In this document: piece by piece, positions 1-9,621 of the stretch
Numbering within the stretch: the first letter of the stretch is position 1
Layout of the letters: the number at the start of each line of letters is the position of its first letter
NCBI GenBank assembly: GCA_035693225.1
Contig: DASSGV010000086.1
Coordinates: forward strand, 1,335-65,334
DNA from: Gemmatimonadales bacterium
Lineage (GTDB): Bacteria; Gemmatimonadota; Gemmatimonadetes; Gemmatimonadales; GWC2-71-9
Direction of reading: 5' to 3'
DNA length: 64,000 bases
Made by a program: the position numbers and the translations under genes
Notes under the pieces: model-generated
What the model saw: only the letters and a program-made list of their open reading frames with translations
The model's database searches: none
Told to the model about the DNA's origin: nothing

Positions 1-994
1 CTGGAATCGGCTCACCAGCGCCATCGCCACGACCGCGGGAGTCCGGAGCGTCGGAGCGACGAGCAACATCCCCTTCGGCGGCAACTGGTCCACCTCGAGC
101 TTCAATGTGGAGGGCGTTCCCCGCCTCACCAACGGCGCTCCCGGTCCCTGGGGCGACATCCGGATCGTGACGCCGGACTTCCTCCCCACGATGCAGGCGC
201 GATTGATCGAGGGGCGGCAGTTCACCGATGCCGACCGCGACGGGGCCCCGCTCGTGGCCATCGTGGACGATCAGCTGGCCCACCGCTACTGGCCCAACGC
301 CGACGCGATCGGGAAGCGGATCACCTACGATAACCTGACCGATTCGGTGGTCCACTGGATCCAGATCGTCGGCGTGGTGGGCCACCTGGCGCACGAGGGG
401 CTCGACGCGTCGAAGCGCACCCAGGTTTACCTCTCCGCCGCGCAGGCGGGCCGGAGCGGACTCACCTTCGCGGTCCGGACCTCCGGCGACCCCCTCGGTG
501 CCGTCAATGCGATCCGCAGCGTGGTCCAGTCGGTGGATCCGAACCTCGCGATGGCCAACGTCAACACCATGACGGCGCTCGTCGAGTCGTCCACCGGCCC
601 CCGCCGCTTCGCGATGCTCCTCTTGGGCGGCTTCGCGGCGCTGGCCCTCACCCTCGCCGCGATCGGCCTCTACGGCGTGATGAGCTACACCGTCACCCAA
701 CGCACCCGGGAACTTGGCGTCCGTGTGGCACTCGGCGCTGAAGCAGGCCAGGTCCTCGGGCTGGTGCTGGGCCAGGGACTCAGACTGGCGCTCATCGGAG
801 TGGGGATCGGGCTCGTCACCTCGCTCCTGATGACACGCTTCCTCAGCGGCCTCCTCTATGACCTGAGCACCACCGATCCGACCACCTTCGCGGTCCTCTC
901 CGCGCTCCTGGTGCTCGTGGCCCTCCTCGCCAGCTACCTCCCCGCCCGCCGGGCGACGAAAGTGGATCCGATGGTGGCGTTGCGGGCGGAGTAG
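1..994 (+). CDS. ADOP-family MacB/FtsX-type ABC permease, C-terminal part (5' end outside window)
   Basis: The frame is open from nt 2 to TAG 992-994; the listed ORF 107..994 is only the part after the first Met. It has a C-terminal FtsX-type 4-TM module and the family tail [23 protein letters not shown]. Confidence 0.85.
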   Translation, partial: WNRLTSAIATTAGVRSVGATSNIPFGGNWSTSSFNVEGVPRLTNGAPGPWGDIRIVTPDFLPTMQARLIEGRQFTDADRDGAPLVAIVDDQLAHRYWPNADAIGKRITYDNLTDSVVHWIQIVGVVGHLAHEGLDASKRTQVYLSAAQAGRSGLTFAVRTSGDPLGAVNAIRSVVQSVDPNLAMANVNTMTALVESSTGPRRFAMLLLGGFAALALTLAAIGLYGVMSYTVTQRTRELGVRVALGAEAGQVLGLVLGQGLRLALIGVGIGLVTSLLMTRFLSGLLYDLSTTDPTTFAVLSALLVLVALLASYLPARRATKVDPMVALRAE

Positions 995-1064
995 AGGAAT
1001 AGGCGCGTGAGGCGCATAGGGCGCGTGAGGCGCGTGGACGCAGAAGCTGGCGCGGGAGCAACCA

Positions 1065-1170
1065 CTGTCATCCCGAGCAGAGCGAGGGACCTGCCCCGGG
1101 GTCAGACGGGCATATGATGGCTGGTCCCGATCACCGCTGAGAAGGTCCCTCGCTCCGCTCGGGATGACAG
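1065..1170. repeat. MITE-like palindromic element, GTCATCCCGAG family (full copy)
   Basis: Termini ctgtcatcccgagcagagcgagggacc ... ggtccctcgctccgctcgggatgacag form terminal inverted repeats of ~27 nt around a ~50-nt core. It is flanked by word arrays 997-1040 (ggcgcgtgagg) and 1174-1235 (gctgatag). Confidence 0.85.
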
Positions 1171-1262
1171 CAAGCTGATAGCTGATAGCCGGTGGCTGAT
1201 AGCTCGCAGAGTGCTGATAGCTGATAGCTCGAAAATGATCAATAGCTGCCCAAGGAGCGAGC

Positions 1263-3641
1263 ATGCACACCCTCCTCCACGACCTGCGCTACGCCGTGCG
1301 CTCGCTGCTCAAGGCACCGGGGTTCACCGTGACTGCGGTGCTGACACTGGCGCTCGGCATCGGCGCCACCACGACGGTGTTCAGCGTGGTCGAAGGCGTG
1401 CTGCTGGCATCCCTCCCCTTCCCCCACGCCGACCGACTCGTCGACATCAAGCAGGTCCGCGCAAACAGCGGCGGAGGCGGGACAGCACCGTTCGGCTCCT
1501 ATCAGGTGTGGCAGACCGCCACTCGGAGCTTCGATGGCATCGCCGCATACAGCGGGAACAGCGCTGTCCTCACCGGCCGTGGCCCCGCGGAGCGGGTCAT
1601 GACGTGGAGCGCCACCTCGAGCTTCTTTAAGCTCCTCGGCACTCGACCCTACTTCGGTCGCCTGCTCACTGCCGATGACGACCGCACCGGGAGCGAACCG
1701 GTGGCGGTCCTGAGCCACACCTTCTGGATGTCCCATTTCGGCGGCGACCCGCACGCGATCGGTCGGTCGCTCACGCTCGACACGGTGAGCTACACCATCG
1801 TGGGAATCGCGCCCCCTGACTTTCAATACCCCGCCACGGCAGTGATCTGGTCCAATGTCGGCGCGTACCTGGCCGGCCCTGAAGGGGCACGTCGCGCCCA
1901 CCAGTGGGCCTTCTGGGTGGTCGCCCGCTTGCGCCCGTCGATCTCCCTTGCGCAGGCACAGACCGATCTTGACCTGGTCTCGCGCCAGGCGTGGGACCAG
2001 GCACCAGACCTGAACGGGGCACTGCCAGCCCTCAGTCCGCTGAAAGGCTACCTCGTCGGGCAGGTGCGGAGCGGGCTCCTCATCCTCCTCGGTGCGGTGG
2101 CGCTCCTCTTGCTGATCGCCTGCGCCAACGTGGCCAGCCTTCTCCTCTCTCGCGGCATCGCGCGTCAGCACGAGATGGCCATCCGCGTCGCACTGGGTGC
2201 GGGGCGGGCTCGCGTGGCGTTACTGGTGCTGGCCGAGTCGGCGGTGGTCGCGCTCACTGGAGGCGCCCTCGGGGTCCTTGGTGCGCTCTGGAGCGTGCCG
2301 GCCCTCGTGGCCCTTGCAGGGAGCCAACTCCCGGACATCGCCCACATCGGCGTCAATTTGCCTGTCCTGGCGATGGCGTGCGGTGCCACCCTGGCCGCCG
2401 GCATCCTCGCAGGCGTAGTACCGGCGATCCGTGCGACGCACCGACCGCCGGGTGCGGCGCTCAAGGCCCAGGGGGCCGGCACGACGGCGACGATGCGGAA
2501 TCGATCGGCGAGCGCACTCATCGTTGCACAGGTGGCATTGGCGTTGGTGCTGCTCGTCGGTGCCGGGCTTCTGACACGCAGCTTCCTGCGGCTGGTGGAT
2601 CTTGACCCCGGCTTTGCCGCAAGTCACGTGGTCGTGGCGACACTCGACCTCCCGACCACTCGATACGCCAATGCTGATCGGCGTCGAGTGTACGCGGCCG
2701 AAGCGCTGACCAGCATCGAGGCATTGCCGGGCGTCCTTGACGCGGCGATCGCATCGGGGATCCCGCTCGACGGCGGCGCCATCAGCGGCGTTTCGATCCC
2801 GGGCAGGTCAGAATCGCAGGACCTGCCGTGGGCCTGGTCTGCGGCAGTTTCACCCAACTATTTCCACACCCTGGGCATACCTGTCCTGCGGGGGAATACG
2901 GCGGGTGGTCCGCACACCGTGGTCATCGACGAGGCGGCAGCGCGCGCATACTTTCCCGGTGACGATCCGATCGGGAAGGAGATCAGCTTCTACGGCACGA
3001 GATCAGCGATCATCACCGGCGTGGTCGGCGACACCCGCCAGGAGTCGCTGGCCGAAGCGCCGCCGCCCCACATCTACGAGTCGCTCGACAACGACCCTCC
3101 GGAGTACGTCAAGGCGCTGGTGCGCACCTCCGGAGACCCGGCAGCACTCGTCCGGCCATTGCACGATGCGCTCCAGGCGATCGACCACGATGCGCCCATT
3201 GACCGGGCCGGGCCTCTGTCCGATCGGATCGGTGCCGCGCTCGCCACCGAGCGGCTCTACACCTTGATGCTCGGGCTCTTTGCCGCCGCGGCACTCGCCC
3301 TGGCGGCCACGGGCCTCTACGGTATCGCTGCGCATTCAGTCGCCCAGCGGACCCGCGAGATCGGCATTCGCCGGGCCCTCGGTGCGGAACGCCGGAATGT
3401 GCTGGCGCTGATCATCGGGCGCGGATTGTCGCTCGTAATGGTGGGCCTCACGCTCGGGCTCGCCGGAGCCGTCGTCGGCACCCGTGTCCTCAAGAGTTTC
3501 CTCTTCCAGGTCCAGCCCCTCGATCCGATGGTCATCGGCCTGGTCGGGGTCGCCCTGGCCGCCACCGCCCTCCTCGCCAGCTACCTCCCCGCCCGCCGGG
3601 CGACGAAAGTGGATCCGATGGTGGCGCTGCGGGCGGAATAG
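1263..3641 (+). CDS. ADOP-family (acidobacterial duplicated orphan permease, TIGR03434-like) MacB/FtsX permease
   Basis: 792-aa ORF with the family N-terminus MHTLLHDLRYAVRSLLKAPGFTVTAVLTLALGIGATT and two FtsX-like TM modules. It ends in the same tail as the upstream paralogue. AAGGAG lies 5 nt before the ATG. No ATPase gene is adjacent. Confidence 0.9.
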   Translation: MHTLLHDLRYAVRSLLKAPGFTVTAVLTLALGIGATTTVFSVVEGVLLASLPFPHADRLVDIKQVRANSGGGGTAPFGSYQVWQTATRSFDGIAAYSGNSAVLTGRGPAERVMTWSATSSFFKLLGTRPYFGRLLTADDDRTGSEPVAVLSHTFWMSHFGGDPHAIGRSLTLDTVSYTIVGIAPPDFQYPATAVIWSNVGAYLAGPEGARRAHQWAFWVVARLRPSISLAQAQTDLDLVSRQAWDQAPDLNGALPALSPLKGYLVGQVRSGLLILLGAVALLLLIACANVASLLLSRGIARQHEMAIRVALGAGRARVALLVLAESAVVALTGGALGVLGALWSVPALVALAGSQLPDIAHIGVNLPVLAMACGATLAAGILAGVVPAIRATHRPPGAALKAQGAGTTATMRNRSASALIVAQVALALVLLVGAGLLTRSFLRLVDLDPGFAASHVVVATLDLPTTRYANADRRRVYAAEALTSIEALPGVLDAAIASGIPLDGGAISGVSIPGRSESQDLPWAWSAAVSPNYFHTLGIPVLRGNTAGGPHTVVIDEAAARAYFPGDDPIGKEISFYGTRSAIITGVVGDTRQESLAEAPPPHIYESLDNDPPEYVKALVRTSGDPAALVRPLHDALQAIDHDAPIDRAGPLSDRIGAALATERLYTLMLGLFAAAALALAATGLYGIAAHSVAQRTREIGIRRALGAERRNVLALIIGRGLSLVMVGLTLGLAGAVVGTRVLKSFLFQVQPLDPMVIGLVGVALAATALLASYLPARRATKVDPMVALRAE

Positions 3642-3690
3642 GCGGTAAGGCGGGCGAAGCTGAAGCATCGGAGTTTCGTGTCAAGCAGAT

Positions 3691-3825
3691 CTGTCATCCC
3701 GACCCCGAGCGTAGTCAGAGGGAGGGACCTTGCCGGCGGAGTCTAGAACCTCTATGCCGACCCCGATCGCCGCGGAGAAGGTCCCTCGGGTCTGCGCCTT
3801 CGGCGCAGTTCCCTCGGGACGACAG
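3691..3825. repeat. MITE-like palindromic element, GTCATCCCGA family (variant copy)
   Basis: Termini ctgtcatcccgaccccgagcgtagtcagagggagggacc ... ggtccctcgggtctgcgccttcggcgcagttccctcgggacgacag. It is followed at 3890-3927 by the pyrimidine word array cttcttacttcttacctctcacttcttacc. Confidence 0.8.
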
Positions 3826-3928
3826 ATCGAAATGCGCCGGTCCCTCTTCCCCGCTGCGCCGCTACGCCGCTGACCCGCCCCCTAACACCCCTTCTTACTT
3901 CTTACCTCTCACTTCTTACCTTTCTCCC

Positions 3929-5290
3929 ATGGCCTCTCCCGGTACCCGCATCCTCGTCGCCGATGACGATACCCATGTCCTCGAAGCGCTCCGGCCGCTC
4001 CTCCTGGGCGAAGGGTACCAGGTGGAGAGCGCCACCTCCCCCGGCGGCATCCTCGCCGCGGTCGAGGTGCGCGACTTCGACCTGATCCTGATGGACATGA
4101 ACTACACCCGCGACACGACCGGCGGGCTCGAAGGACTCGACTTGATCTCGAGGATCCAGCGCCTCGACGCCACCCTGCCGCTGATGGTGATGACGGCGTG
4201 GGGGAGCATCGATGGCGCGGTCGAGGCGATGCGTCGCGGCGCCCGCGACTACATCGAGAAGCCCTGGGACAACACCCGCCTGCTCCACGTGGTGGAGACC
4301 CAGGTGGCCCTCGGCCGCGCCATTCGGCAGGGGCAGCGGCTCGAGGCCGAGAACCTGGTGCTGCGACGCCACGGCGCACCCGAACTGATCGCCAGCGCCC
4401 CCGCGATGCAGCCGGTGCTTCGGCTGATGGAGCGGGTGGGACCCTCCGATGCCAACGCGCTCATCACCGGCGAACATGGCACCGGCAAGGAGGTCGTGGC
4501 ACGCTGGCTCCACGCCGCTTCGCCCCGAGCCCACCGGCCGATGGTCACCGTGGACCTGGGAGGCCTGGCCGACGGCGTCTTCGAGAGCGAGCTCTTCGGA
4601 CACGTGAAGGGCGCCTTCACCGATGCCAAGACCGATCGGATAGGCCGCTTCGAGCTCGCCGATGGCGGCACCCTGCTGCTGGACGAGATCGCCAATCTCA
4701 CTATCCCGCAGCAGGCCAAGCTCCTGCGGGTCCTCCAGACCGGCCAGCTGGAACGGGTCGGCTCCTCCAAGACGCGGCAGGTGAACGTGCGGATCCTCGC
4801 CGCCACCAACGCCGACCTCCGCGCCGAAGTGGCGGCGGGGCGGTTCCGGGAGGACCTGCTCTTTCGGGTCGACACGATCGAGATCCACCTGCCGCCGCTT
4901 CGGGAACGCCGGGAGGACATCCCCACCCTGGCGGCCTGGTTCCTCCGCGAGCACGCCGCCCGTTACGGCAAGACGGTCACGGGCTTCCAGGCCGATGCGA
5001 TGCGCGCCCTCCTCGAGTATACCTGGCCCGGCAACGTGCGTGAGCTCTCCCACGCGGTCGAGCGCGCCGTCCTGCTCGCCGAGGGAGGGACGGTCCGGAC
5101 GACGGACTTGAACCTGCGTGCCCCCGGCGACGGGGGGACCCGGATGGAGGACCTGAGCCTTGAAGAAGTAGAGCGGCTCCTGATCCAGAAGGCGCTCGCC
5201 CGGTTCGATGGCAACGTCACCGCGGCGGCGCGCGCGCTGGGCCTCTCCCGCAGCGCCCTCTACCGCCGTCTCCACCGGCACACCCTCTGA
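3929..5290 (+). CDS. sigma-54-dependent two-component response regulator (NtrC family)
   Basis: Receiver domain (ILVADDD, LILMDMNY). AAA+ sigma-54 activator core (GEHGTGKE, ESELFGHVKGAFTDA, RVLQ..ERVG). C-terminal Fis-type HTH (AAARALGLSRSALYRRL). Confidence 0.93.
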   Translation: MASPGTRILVADDDTHVLEALRPLLLGEGYQVESATSPGGILAAVEVRDFDLILMDMNYTRDTTGGLEGLDLISRIQRLDATLPLMVMTAWGSIDGAVEAMRRGARDYIEKPWDNTRLLHVVETQVALGRAIRQGQRLEAENLVLRRHGAPELIASAPAMQPVLRLMERVGPSDANALITGEHGTGKEVVARWLHAASPRAHRPMVTVDLGGLADGVFESELFGHVKGAFTDAKTDRIGRFELADGGTLLLDEIANLTIPQQAKLLRVLQTGQLERVGSSKTRQVNVRILAATNADLRAEVAAGRFREDLLFRVDTIEIHLPPLRERREDIPTLAAWFLREHAARYGKTVTGFQADAMRALLEYTWPGNVRELSHAVERAVLLAEGGTVRTTDLNLRAPGDGGTRMEDLSLEEVERLLIQKALARFDGNVTAAARALGLSRSALYRRLHRHTL

Positions 5291-5312
5291 CCACACCCCG
5301 AGCGACCACACC

Positions 5313-6635
5313 GTGACGCCCCGCGCGCACGAACGCGACATCCTCCGCTTTGCCCTCCTCGGCGGGCTCCCCGCGGTCGTCGTGGCGCTGGTGTTCATCT
5401 GGACCGGCGGCCATTCCGATCGGGTGGAATGGACCCTCTCGCTCGCCATCGTGCTCCCGTGGATCGCCCTCGCGTTCGCCCTGCGGGAGCGCGTCGTCCG
5501 TCCGTGGCAGACGATCTCCAATATGCTGGCGGCCCTCCGCGAGCAGGACTATTCGCTCCGGGGCCGCAAGGCCGACGCCGAGGACTCCCTTGGCCTGGCG
5601 ATGCTGGAGCTCAACATCCTCACCCAGGAGCTCAAGGAGCGCCGACTTGGCGCCCTCGAAGCGACAGCCCTGCTGCGTCGAGTGATGGCCGAGATCGATG
5701 TTGCGGTGTTCGCGTTCGACGAGGAGGGGGTGCTGCGGCTCGCCAACCGGAGCGGGGAACTCCTGCTGGGGCTCCCGTCGGAGCGGCTCCTCGGTCGCGA
5801 CGCGGATGATCTCAAGCTCGGTGAATGCCTGCGGGGCGAGGCCCCCCGGGTGGTGGAGCTGGAGTTTCCCGCCGGTCGCGGCCGGTGGGAGGTGCGGCGT
5901 GGTGGATTCCGCCAGGGAGGCCGGCCCCACCAGTTCGTGGTGCTCGCCGATGTGAGTCGAGCCCTGCGCGAGGAGGAACGCGCCGCCTGGCAGCGCCTGG
6001 TACGGGTGCTGGGCCACGAGATCAACAACTCGTTGACGCCGATCAAGTCGGTGGCCCAACGGCTTCAGCTCCGCATTGCGAAGGAATCCGGAACGCCGCT
6101 CCGCGGTGAACTCGACGAAGGGCTGACGCTCATTGCCGGACGATCCGAGGCGTTGACCAGGTTTCTCGCCGGCTACGCCAAGCTCGCCCGGCTCCCGGCA
6201 CCGGCCCTGGGGCCGGTGGCGGTCGGGGCGTGGGTCGAGCGGGTCGTCCGACTGGAGACGCGGCTGCCCGTCACGATCCTGGCGGGCCCGCCGGTCACGA
6301 TCCGCGCCGACGGCGACCAGCTCGATCAGCTATTGATCAACCTGATCCGGAATGCCGTCGATGCCAGCCTGGAAACGAAGGGGAGAGCGCAGGTCGGGTG
6401 GCGGGTGGCGGGAGGCACGTTCGAATTGATCGTCGAAGATGAAGGACCCGGACTCCCCGAGACCGGCAACCTTTTCGTCCCGTTCTTCACCACCAAGCCC
6501 AACGGCACCGGGATCGGCCTGGCGCTCTCGCGGCAGATCGCGGAGGCCAACGGCGGACGCCTCGTCCTCGAGGGCCGCCGCGACCGCACCGGTTGTCGGG
6601 CGACGTTCTCGATGCGGGTAGGTGGGGGAAGCTGA
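5313..6635 (+). CDS. sensor histidine kinase (TM + HAMP-like linker + HisKA + HATPase_c)
   Basis: H-box LGHEINNSLTPI. N/G boxes LINLIRNAVDA, EDEGPGL, GTGIGLALSRQIA. The ORF is open from 5208, which would overlap the regulator by 83 nt. GTG 5313 is the first start after the regulator stop, so the start is uncertain. Confidence 0.85.
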   Translation: MTPRAHERDILRFALLGGLPAVVVALVFIWTGGHSDRVEWTLSLAIVLPWIALAFALRERVVRPWQTISNMLAALREQDYSLRGRKADAEDSLGLAMLELNILTQELKERRLGALEATALLRRVMAEIDVAVFAFDEEGVLRLANRSGELLLGLPSERLLGRDADDLKLGECLRGEAPRVVELEFPAGRGRWEVRRGGFRQGGRPHQFVVLADVSRALREEERAAWQRLVRVLGHEINNSLTPIKSVAQRLQLRIAKESGTPLRGELDEGLTLIAGRSEALTRFLAGYAKLARLPAPALGPVAVGAWVERVVRLETRLPVTILAGPPVTIRADGDQLDQLLINLIRNAVDASLETKGRAQVGWRVAGGTFELIVEDEGPGLPETGNLFVPFFTTKPNGTGIGLALSRQIAEANGGRLVLEGRRDRTGCRATFSMRVGGGS

Positions 6636-6672
6636 GGGGCTCGGAGCCGACAGCTCCGCTCCGCTCCGCTTT

Positions 6673-6711
6673 GAGAAGATCCCTCGGTCGCGTTGCTCCC
6701 TCGGGATGACA
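6673..6711. repeat. solo right end of the GTCATCCCGA element family
   Basis: gagaagatccctcggtcgcgttgctccctcgggatgaca. No matching left end was found nearby. Confidence 0.6.
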
Positions 6712-6732
6712 CCGAAGTCGGGATGATGTGAA

Positions 6733-6927
6733 GGGGTGGCCGCAGGCCACCCCCTACGGACGTTGTCCCAGGCGTTTGTACGACGAGAATGGGCGGGCGC
6801 CTCGAACATTGTCGGTAGGGGGTGGCCTGCGGCCACCCCTGGCGCACGGAATGTCACAACCAACGGAACCTTGTCGCGGGAGCGCAGCGACCGACGGACC
6901 CCGGGGTGGCCGCAGGCCACCCCCTAC
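6733..6927. repeat. three REP/BIME-like palindromic units in alternating orientation
   Basis: ggggtggccgcaggccaccccctac at 6733-6757 and 6903-6927, with the inverted copy gtagggggtggcctgcggccacccc at 6815-6839. The stem is ggggtggcc/ggccacccc. They lie between the convergent kinase and TonB-receptor genes. Confidence 0.85.
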
Positions 6928-6972
6928 GTTCATCGTCCGAGGTGCCACCCGCGCCTCATGCGCCCCACGCCT

Positions 6973-9255
6973 CTAGAAATCCACGTCATACCCCACCCGT
7001 ACTCCCCGCCCCGGTTGGGGAATGAAGTCCTTCACCACCGACAAATTGTCGCGGTACACGGTGTTGAACAGGTTGTCGACGTGGATAGTGATCTCGTGCA
7101 CTGCTTGTCCCTGAAAAAGCCGGATCCCGACCCCTACGTTCGTGACCGCGTACCCGTCGGTGGGCGTGTCGCCATCGCCGAGGCGGGTCTGCCTGGCGGC
7201 CATCCGTTCCTCGACCATTGCGGACCAACGCTCTCCCTGGTAGCTCCCCCGCAGCAGTCCCCGGAGTGGCGGGATGAAGGGGAGCGGCTGGTCGAGCTTG
7301 GTGTCTTGGGCGTTGACGTAATCGGTGCTGGCCCGCAAGGCGAAGTGCTCCGCCGGCGCCACCGTCACCGCTGCCTCGAAGCCCCAGAGGCGGGCCTCCG
7401 TGGCGGAGAACTGCCGCACCGGGAAGCCCTGGATGGTGTCGCCGCGCAGGAAGCCGAAGATGTAGTTGCTGATGGTATTGAGATACGGCGAGAACTCGAA
7501 CGCCACGGTGCGATAGTTCCCCCGCAGTGATGCGTCGATCCCGGTGCCGTGTTCCGGCGAAAGGGTCGCGGTGCCGACAGAGTAGGTGGCACTCGCGGCA
7601 TCGAGCCCGTCGGCAAAGAGCTCCTGTACGGTCGGTGCGCGGAAGGAGCGGGCCACATCGAGCGAGACGGTCCAGGCGGGAGAGATCTGCTGGATGGCGC
7701 CGAGGGAGGCGGTCATCGCGTTGGAGTTGCGCGACTCATTGCTCGACTGGAACACCGAGTCCGTGGACGACGGATCGGGATGGGTCTGGATCTTGTTGTA
7801 GTCGTACCGGACCCCCGCCTGGAACCGGGTGCGGGGTGACGCGGCATATTCCTCGAAGGCATAGCCGGCCAGGCCGGTGGTGGTGGAATTGGGGCCGAGG
7901 GGTTGGTCGCCGCTGATCGAGAGCTTCTCGATGTCGGTCCAGAGGCCAAGGGTGCCGGAGAGCTTCCCCGCCTGCCGCTGCCGCAGCTGAAGCACCGCGT
8001 TCAGGGTCTGCTTGTGGAAGTGGTTCGCCTGCGGATCGGAGACCCCGGTCGAATCCTGCGCCGTCGGGAATTCGGAGTGGTTGTAATCGTTGTAGCTGGC
8101 GTGGAGCTTGAGCTGGTCGGCAAAACTGCCGTGGAGATTCAAGGCGCCGCGCAACTCCAGCAGGTCCCGCGTCTGGGCAATGCGGGAAGTGGTGGGAGGC
8201 GTCGTCATCCAGTTCGGATTGGGAGGCGTGCCGGGAATGCCGTAATTCATCTCGTAACGCTTGCCGCCGATCCCGAGCATCCCGAACTCGCCCTGGTAGA
8301 CATACCCCGCCCCGGCTTCGTCACTGTGATCGAAGGTCTGCGGCATCCGGTCGAGCTGGAAGGTGCCGCCGGTGCCAGGATCGGTATAAGTGCCGGACGG
8401 GATATGGATGTCACTTCCGTGGAGGCCGGCGCCGAAGACGCTGAGCGCGCTGTGGGCGGTCGAATAGACCACATTGGCCGAGCCGGAGTACTGGTCTGCC
8501 ACGCTGTTCCCTTCCACCTGCGCCGAACCGGAGAGGGGATGGTCGGAGACTGTGGGGACCACGTTGGTGATGACGTTGACCAGCCCGCCGAGGGTGTTGG
8601 GGCCGTAGAGGATCGCGGCGGGGCCGCGAACCACATCGACCTGGGAGATCCCCGACGCCTCGATCGGGGTGGCGTGGGCGGGGTCATAGGTGGCGATGTC
8701 TCCCACCCGCATCCCGTTCTCGAGGACCAGTACCTCGTTGTCGCCGAGGCCGCGGATGATCGGGCGCGAAGGTGCGGAGCCGTTCCCGCGGACCGTCACA
8801 CCGGGAAGATCGGACAGCTTCTCGGCGAAGGTCGATCCCGGGCTGTTCACGAGGTCGCGTGCCGACTTCGACGAGACCGACTGATACGCTTCATCGCTGG
8901 TGCGGGGCTCGGGAGAAGCCGAGACGACCAGGTCACGCACCCGGATCGCGGCGGGGCGAAGGTCGATGGCGAGCGAGGCGCTGTCGCCGGTCAGCGCCAC
9001 CGAATCCCGGGCCGATGCGAAGCCGGGGGCGATGATGAAGAGGTGATACTCCCCCTTCGGGATCTGGTCGAAGCGGAACTCCCCCTGGGCACCGGTCCGT
9101 ACCGTGCGGTCAAGCTCCCCCAGGCGTACCTCGGCACCGACCACCGGGCGGGCGCCGCTTGTGACCGTACCAGAGATGGATTGGGCCGAGGCGGTGGCGG
9201 CGAGGAAGAGCGCCGCAGCGCTGGCAACGAGGGTCGTGGCGATCGGTCGGAGCAT
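6973..9255 (-). CDS. TonB-dependent outer-membrane receptor with N-terminal carboxypeptidase-regulatory-like domain
   Basis: Signal peptide MLRPIATTLVASAAALFLAATASAQS. CarboxypepD_reg-like segment (ISGTVTSGARPVVGAEVRL..KGEYHL). Plug domain (LPGVTVRGNG..RPIIRGLG). Long beta-barrel ending GYDVDF. Confidence 0.92.
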   Translation of the reverse strand: MLRPIATTLVASAAALFLAATASAQSISGTVTSGARPVVGAEVRLGELDRTVRTGAQGEFRFDQIPKGEYHLFIIAPGFASARDSVALTGDSASLAIDLRPAAIRVRDLVVSASPEPRTSDEAYQSVSSKSARDLVNSPGSTFAEKLSDLPGVTVRGNGSAPSRPIIRGLGDNEVLVLENGMRVGDIATYDPAHATPIEASGISQVDVVRGPAAILYGPNTLGGLVNVITNVVPTVSDHPLSGSAQVEGNSVADQYSGSANVVYSTAHSALSVFGAGLHGSDIHIPSGTYTDPGTGGTFQLDRMPQTFDHSDEAGAGYVYQGEFGMLGIGGKRYEMNYGIPGTPPNPNWMTTPPTTSRIAQTRDLLELRGALNLHGSFADQLKLHASYNDYNHSEFPTAQDSTGVSDPQANHFHKQTLNAVLQLRQRQAGKLSGTLGLWTDIEKLSISGDQPLGPNSTTTGLAGYAFEEYAASPRTRFQAGVRYDYNKIQTHPDPSSTDSVFQSSNESRNSNAMTASLGAIQQISPAWTVSLDVARSFRAPTVQELFADGLDAASATYSVGTATLSPEHGTGIDASLRGNYRTVAFEFSPYLNTISNYIFGFLRGDTIQGFPVRQFSATEARLWGFEAAVTVAPAEHFALRASTDYVNAQDTKLDQPLPFIPPLRGLLRGSYQGERWSAMVEERMAARQTRLGDGDTPTDGYAVTNVGVGIRLFQGQAVHEITIHVDNLFNTVYRDNLSVVKDFIPQPGRGVRVGYDVDF

Positions 9256-9621
9256 TGGTCGATCCGGATCGGGATGGATGATGCGACGGGGCGGGATCCT
9301 TCAGGCGCCGGGCCCGCCTGACTCTGCTGCCTACGGAAGAGGAACGCAAGGGGTTTCCGGGGCCGGTGCAGCAGCTCCTTGCAGATCGCGGCCGATTCTC
9401 TGCGGCGCTTTGCGGTGAGCGTGGGATACCCTGTGCGCAGTCCACCAAGCGCATCGAGGACGATCCGGGGGACGTTCAGCCGTGCGTTGGCTTTTTTGTC
9501 CCACGTCGTCGATCCACAGGACGAACCGCCGGCGAGTATGAAGCATCTCGCATTGGCCATGGAAACCCGAACGCGAACGCGGCCCTGATTCCCAGTTCAC
9601 CTGGTTGACCTACTGGGCGCA

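Noticed and set aside
3642-3928. Sigma-54 promoter (TGGCAC-N5-TTGC) for targets of the NtrC-type regulator (also checked 9256-9621, 14690-14756, 41936-41979)
   Set aside because: No convincing -24/-12 element was found in the intergenic regions inspected.
3902-5521. 539-aa minus-strand ORF, plus the many other long antisense or alternative-frame ORFs (e.g. 7903..9321, 11769..13421, 13485..14444, 21755..23695, 23765..26005, 26530..28575, 29440..31395, 34415..35470, 35245..36621, 38609..39724, 40790..41896, 45608..47185)
   Set aside because: Each overlaps a gene with strong family motifs on the other strand or in another frame. Their compositions are Arg/Gly/Pro/Ala-dominated with no motifs.
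9256-9480. Cobalamin riboswitch in the leader of the TonB-dependent receptor
   Set aside because: The minus-strand leader has only a loose B12-box-like string (agtcaggcgggcccggc versus consensus AGYCMGGAGACCKGCC) and an AGGGTA. It lacks the GGTG..AA..CC and GCCACTG core elements, so this is not callable without cmscan.
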